Of a stretch of 10,297 bases of DNA, positions 7,173 through 10,297 are shown one piece after another. This DNA comes from Candidatus Eiseniibacteriota bacterium (GTDB lineage Bacteria; Eisenbacteria; RBG-16-71-46; CAIMUX01; WJJG01). Made by a program: the position numbers and the translations under genes. Every line of letters starts with the position of its first letter. Position 1 is the stretch's first letter. The stretch is taken from assembly GCA_030601305.1 (NCBI GenBank), contig JAUVTV010000080.1, positions 1 to 10,297 on the forward strand. The letters run 5' to 3'. The notes beneath the pieces were generated by a model. That model was not told the origin of the DNA. It searched no databases and saw nothing but the letters and a program-made list of their open reading frames with translations.

Positions 7173-8303
7173 ATGGCGACCAGCAACGCCGTCTTCCTCG
7201 AAGTCATCGAATGGTTCGACGATACCGGTCAGGAACTCGTCCACCGCGTCCCCGAGCAGGGATCCGGCGACATCAAGTACGGTGCTCAGCTCACCGTTCG
7301 CGAGAGCCAGGCCGCGGCCTTCTTCTATCAGGGGAAAGCGGTGGAAGCCTTCGGGCCCGGGCGCCACACCTTGAAGACGGCCAACATCCCGATCCTCACG
7401 CGCGTCGTGAGCCTACCGTGGGGCATGACCAGCCCGTTGCGCGCGGAGGTCTACTTCACGAACTTGAAGATCTTCACCAATCTCACCTGGGGCACGCGCG
7501 ATCCTGTGGCTTTCAAGGATTCCGAGCTGGGTCTCATTCGGCTGCGCACCTTCGGCGTCTTCAACTTGCAGATCATCCAGCCGCTGCAGTTCATCAACAG
7601 CATGGTCGGCACGCAGGGCATATTCACCATGCAGGAGATCGAGGACTACCTGAACCGGGTCATCGTTTCACGCTTCAATGACTACATGGGCGAGACGATG
7701 GACACGATCCTCGATCTACCGGCACAGTACGACGAGCTGTCCGACGCGTTGGCCGTACGCCTCAGAGAGGACTTCGAGCAGTTCGGGCTGAGCCTCACGC
7801 ATCTCTACATCAACTCAATCACGCCCCCGCCCGAGGTGCAGAAGGCGATCGACGACCGGAGTCGCATGGGCGTTTTCCAGGACATGAACAAGCTGATGAA
7901 GATGAAGGCGGCGATGGCGATGGAGAAGGCGGCGTCCGCGCAGGGGGGCGCCGGTGACGGGATGGGGATGGGCATGGGACTGATGATGCCGGCAATGTTC
8001 GCACACCACCTGGCGGGAACCACCCCTCCGCCGAGTGAGGCACCGGCAGACATGAACCGTTGCCCGGCGTGCAAGCAGAACGCGCCGGCGGATGCGCGCT
8101 ACTGTCCGGCGTGCGGCGAGCAGTTCGTCGTCTTCGGGGCGTGCGCGCACTGCAACGCGAAGCTCACCCCGGACACCCGCTTCTGTCCGCAATGCGGGCA
8201 GTCTGCCGAAGAGAAGCCCGCGCCGGTCGCCTGCCCCCAGTGCAAGACCGAGAACCTACCGGGGGCCAAGTTCTGCAATCAGTGCGGGGAGAAACTGCAG
8301 TAG
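7173..8303 (+). CDS. YdjI-type (COG4260) SPFH/band-7 family protein with a C-terminal triple zinc-ribbon tail.
   Basis: I chose ATG 7173, preceded by AAGGAGGG at 7158-7165. The ORF-track start at 7119 has no RBS. The product is 376 aa. The N-terminal block NAVFLEVIEWFDDTGQELVHRVPEQGSGDIKYGAQLTVRESQAAAFFYQGKAVEAF...IPIL has the same layout as B. subtilis YdjI. The low-complexity GDGMGMGMGLMMPAMF linker is followed by CPACK-x10-YCPACGE, CAHCN-x9-FCPQCGQ and CPQCK-x9-FCNQCGE. Confidence 0.85.
   Translation: MATSNAVFLEVIEWFDDTGQELVHRVPEQGSGDIKYGAQLTVRESQAAAFFYQGKAVEAFGPGRHTLKTANIPILTRVVSLPWGMTSPLRAEVYFTNLKIFTNLTWGTRDPVAFKDSELGLIRLRTFGVFNLQIIQPLQFINSMVGTQGIFTMQEIEDYLNRVIVSRFNDYMGETMDTILDLPAQYDELSDALAVRLREDFEQFGLSLTHLYINSITPPPEVQKAIDDRSRMGVFQDMNKLMKMKAAMAMEKAASAQGGAGDGMGMGMGLMMPAMFAHHLAGTTPPPSEAPADMNRCPACKQNAPADARYCPACGEQFVVFGACAHCNAKLTPDTRFCPQCGQSAEEKPAPVACPQCKTENLPGAKFCNQCGEKLQ
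8061..8285 (+). other. Three tandem double zinc ribbons (residues 297-371) at the C-terminus of the SPFH protein.
   Basis: Six CxxC pairs with regular 8-12 residue spacers. Confidence 0.7.
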
Positions 8304-8321
8304 CCTGCCCGGAGCGAGGAG

Positions 8322-9551
8322 ATGTACGCCGGATTCTACATCGATCACCAGTGTCCGCAGTGCGGTGCGCCGGTCACGCTCGCCGAGACCGACCGGCTCA
8401 TCAGCTGCGAGTTCTGCCGTGTGCGCTCTTACCTGGTGACGCGCGACGTGTTCCGCTACGTACTGCCCCACAAGACGAATGGCAGGGACCTCTTCTATTT
8501 TCCCTACTGGAGATTCAAGGGGACGTTCTACACCTGTGGGGCGGGTGGGGTGACCCACCGCGTGGTGGACACCAGCGCGCAAGGGCTCGGCCATCCGGTG
8601 TTTCCGACTTCGCTCGGCCTTCGCGCCCAGGCCATGCGCCTGCGCTTCGCGACGCCGGACACGGCGGGCATCTTCCTGCAGCCCGAACACGCACCGGCGG
8701 CCGCCACGGATGCGTTCGTCACCCGCCTCGGCAACGGCAGCGCGGAACACGCGCTGCACCGGGAGTTCATCGGCGAGATGCTCAGCCTGATCTACTCGCC
8801 TTTCTGCGTTGACCAGCACCTCGTCGACGCCGTGCTGGATCGGGTGCGGGTTCCGGATCTACCCGAGGATTTCGTCGACAACCTCCCGGCGCGCGAAGAG
8901 CCGCACTGGCCGATCAGGTTCGTGCCGACGCTCTGCCCGCACTGTGGCCGCGATCTGCAGGGCAAACGCGACTCCCTGGTTCTGTTCTGCAACAACTGCC
9001 ACTCGGCCTGGAGGGCGGGACCGCAGGAACTCATGCAGCTCGACTTTCACAACCTGTTCGTCGATCCGGACGCATCCATCTACCTGCCCTTCTGGCGGAT
9101 GACCATCGATGTGAGCGGGTTGCAGCTCTCGTCTTATGCCGACCTGACGCGTGTCATGAACCTGCCTGCCGTGCCGCGCGCGGACTGGGAGGCGCGCGCG
9201 CTGCACTTCTGGACGCCGGCGTTCAAGGTGCGGCCGGGTGCGTTCTTGCGATTGGCGCGCCGCGTCACGGTCGCCCAACCCGAGCCGTCTGATTCGCGAG
9301 AGGTGCCCGAACAGTCCATCCACCCGGTCACTCTTCCGATCCGTGAGGCGAGTGAAAGCGTAAAGATCGTGCTATCGGATCTGATCGATCCGGCGAGTCC
9401 CGTCTATCTCCAGATCGGCGCGATTGGCACACGACTGTCGCAGGTCGAGTTGGTTCTCATTCCGTTTCGTCAGAAGGGACACGAGCTGGGGCAGCCCGCG
9501 CTCAATCTGGCGATCAACCGCAACGCAATTCGCTTCGGCCGGCAGCTCTAA
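8322..9551 (+). CDS. Internally duplicated zinc-ribbon protein of unknown function, likely co-transcribed partner of the SPFH gene.
   Basis: A 409-aa ORF that starts 18 nt after the SPFH stop, with a GAGGAG RBS 4 nt upstream. It has two CxxC-x14-CxxC ribbons (C11/C14/C29/C32 and C205/C208/C223/C226). Each is followed about 27 aa later by an FYFPYWRF or IYLPFWRM motif. I recognise no catalytic motifs. Confidence 0.75.
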   Translation: MYAGFYIDHQCPQCGAPVTLAETDRLISCEFCRVRSYLVTRDVFRYVLPHKTNGRDLFYFPYWRFKGTFYTCGAGGVTHRVVDTSAQGLGHPVFPTSLGLRAQAMRLRFATPDTAGIFLQPEHAPAAATDAFVTRLGNGSAEHALHREFIGEMLSLIYSPFCVDQHLVDAVLDRVRVPDLPEDFVDNLPAREEPHWPIRFVPTLCPHCGRDLQGKRDSLVLFCNNCHSAWRAGPQELMQLDFHNLFVDPDASIYLPFWRMTIDVSGLQLSSYADLTRVMNLPAVPRADWEARALHFWTPAFKVRPGAFLRLARRVTVAQPEPSDSREVPEQSIHPVTLPIREASESVKIVLSDLIDPASPVYLQIGAIGTRLSQVELVLIPFRQKGHELGQPALNLAINRNAIRFGRQL

Positions 9552-9585
9552 TAGCCCTCACGGGGGTGATCGTCTCCCGGCCCAG

Positions 9586-9625
9586 CAGCCCGTGGCAGAA
9601 GTGCTCCGTCGCGCGAGAGCGCGGC
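9586..9625 (+). repeat. Inverted, diverged partial copy (D) of the palindromic repeat, including a GNRA-loop hairpin.
   Basis: The sequence cagcccgtggcagaagtgctcc is the reverse complement of ggatgacttctgccacgggcgg at 9722-9743, with a 15-nt exact match. The hairpin is cgcgc-gaga-gcgcg (9610-9623). It lies 35 nt after the TAA stop of the plus-strand gene. Confidence 0.5.
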
Positions 9626-9683
9626 ATTTCGACCGGGATCGAGGATCGAGAACGCAGGCGAATCAGTGGATTCGGCGAGTTTT

Positions 9684-9749
9684 CGCGACGATGAGCCCCG
9701 GGAGAGAAGACCCGCTCGCAGCCAGGATGACTTCTGCCACGGGCGGCTA
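9684..9749 (-). repeat. Full-length copy (B) of the stop-codon-abutting palindromic repeat.
   Basis: The sequence cgcgacgatgagccccgggagagaagacccgctcgcagccaggatgacttctgccacgggcggcta ends in CTA, which is the TAG stop (9747-9749) of the PepC-like gene. The 8-nt loop of copy B (gggAGAGAAGAccc) corresponds to a 7-nt loop in copy A (gggCGACGGAccc), with the same stem. Confidence 0.65.
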
Positions 9750-10297
9750 ACGCGGCGGAGGTTCGGAGGGAAGCAGGTCGGCGACCCGGTCACGATGGAC
9801 CATGCAGCCAAGCATCTTCAATCGGATGTAGTCGCCGGCGTAGAAGTAGTAACCCTTGAACCGTCCCAAGCGGGAACTGCGGTTGCTGTCCTTGATCAGA
9901 AACCAATCCTCCCCGCCGTGTTTCAGGTAGCCGACGGTGTGCACCCCGTGATCGTCGGTGGTCGTTCCGTTGTAGATGCGCAACTCGCGACTGGCCTGAT
10001 CGATGAACTCCGATGGAATGTCCCAGCTCGGGATCCGGGCCGCGTCCTCCATGCCGTCGAGCCCCGGTTCACTGACGTCGCCGCCCAGCGAGACCGTGTA
10101 GCCGTCTTGTACTGCCGAGCGAATCACCGCGTAGAAGGTCTCCAAGCGAAGGTTCAGGAAATCGCGCGATCGCCGCCAGTTGTCGTGGACGTCGTGCAGA
10201 ATCCATTCGCCGAACGGCTCCGTCATCGTCGAGACGAGATTGATGTAGTCGTCCATGTCGAGCTGCAGCCCCTCGCGGAGGCACGCGCGGGGCGTGT
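9747..10297 (-). CDS. C-terminal ~183 codons of a C1-family cysteine peptidase (aminopeptidase C / bleomycin hydrolase-like). The N-terminus is outside the window.
   Basis: The frame stays open upstream of M at 10256 (..TPRACLREGLQLD-MDDY..) to the window edge. The His motif is DDHGVHTVGY. The Asn region is FLIKDSNRSS. The PepC-like C-terminal tail is KGYYFYAGDYIRLKMLGCMVHRD. The catalytic Cys lies beyond the window. Confidence 0.75.
   Translation of the reverse strand, partial: TPRACLREGLQLDMDDYINLVSTMTEPFGEWILHDVHDNWRRSRDFLNLRLETFYAVIRSAVQDGYTVSLGGDVSEPGLDGMEDAARIPSWDIPSEFIDQASRELRIYNGTTTDDHGVHTVGYLKHGGEDWFLIKDSNRSSRLGRFKGYYFYAGDYIRLKMLGCMVHRDRVADLLPSEPPPR

Noticed and set aside
6941-7681. 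246-aa plus-strand ORF that spans the RdhA-like 3' end, the intergenic region and the 5' half of the SPFH gene.
   Set aside because: It overlaps two well-supported genes in another frame, and its composition is Arg/His/Pro-rich and spurious.
1-10297. Scan for CRISPR arrays, tRNA or rRNA genes, integrase or transposase genes.
   Set aside because: No regularly spaced direct repeats, no cloverleaf-like conserved tRNA boxes, and no recombinase-like ORFs were seen.

Overview
This is a high-GC (roughly two-thirds G+C) bacterial chromosomal window with eight protein-coding genes. I found no rRNA or tRNA genes, CRISPR arrays or transposase/integrase genes. On the minus strand there is a tightly spaced MFS transporter (4340-5542), polytopic membrane protein (3566-4297) and 989-aa secreted multidomain protein (447-3416). 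That large protein carries a papain-superfamily (C10/C39-like) cysteine-peptidase domain, about eight beta-propeller-like repeats and a T9SS-type C-terminal sorting domain. On the plus strand there are three genes. The first (5653-6987) is a reductive-dehalogenase-family (RdhA-like) iron-sulfur enzyme fused to an N-terminal three-helix membrane anchor. The second (7173-8303) is a YdjI-type (COG4260) SPFH/band-7 protein with three C-terminal zinc ribbons. The third (8322-9551) follows 18 bp later and is an internally duplicated double zinc-ribbon protein. The window starts inside the 3' end of a small secreted protein (plus strand) and ends inside a PepC/bleomycin-hydrolase-like C1 peptidase (minus strand). 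The most unusual non-coding signal is a GC-rich palindromic repeat family with four copies, each beginning exactly at the stop codon of a gene, which looks like a REP-like 3'-UTR or terminator element. Protein-family assignments rest on motifs I recognised by eye, and no searches were run. The CTD suggests an FCB-group, T9SS-bearing, high-GC lineage such as Gemmatimonadota-like organisms, but that is inference only.
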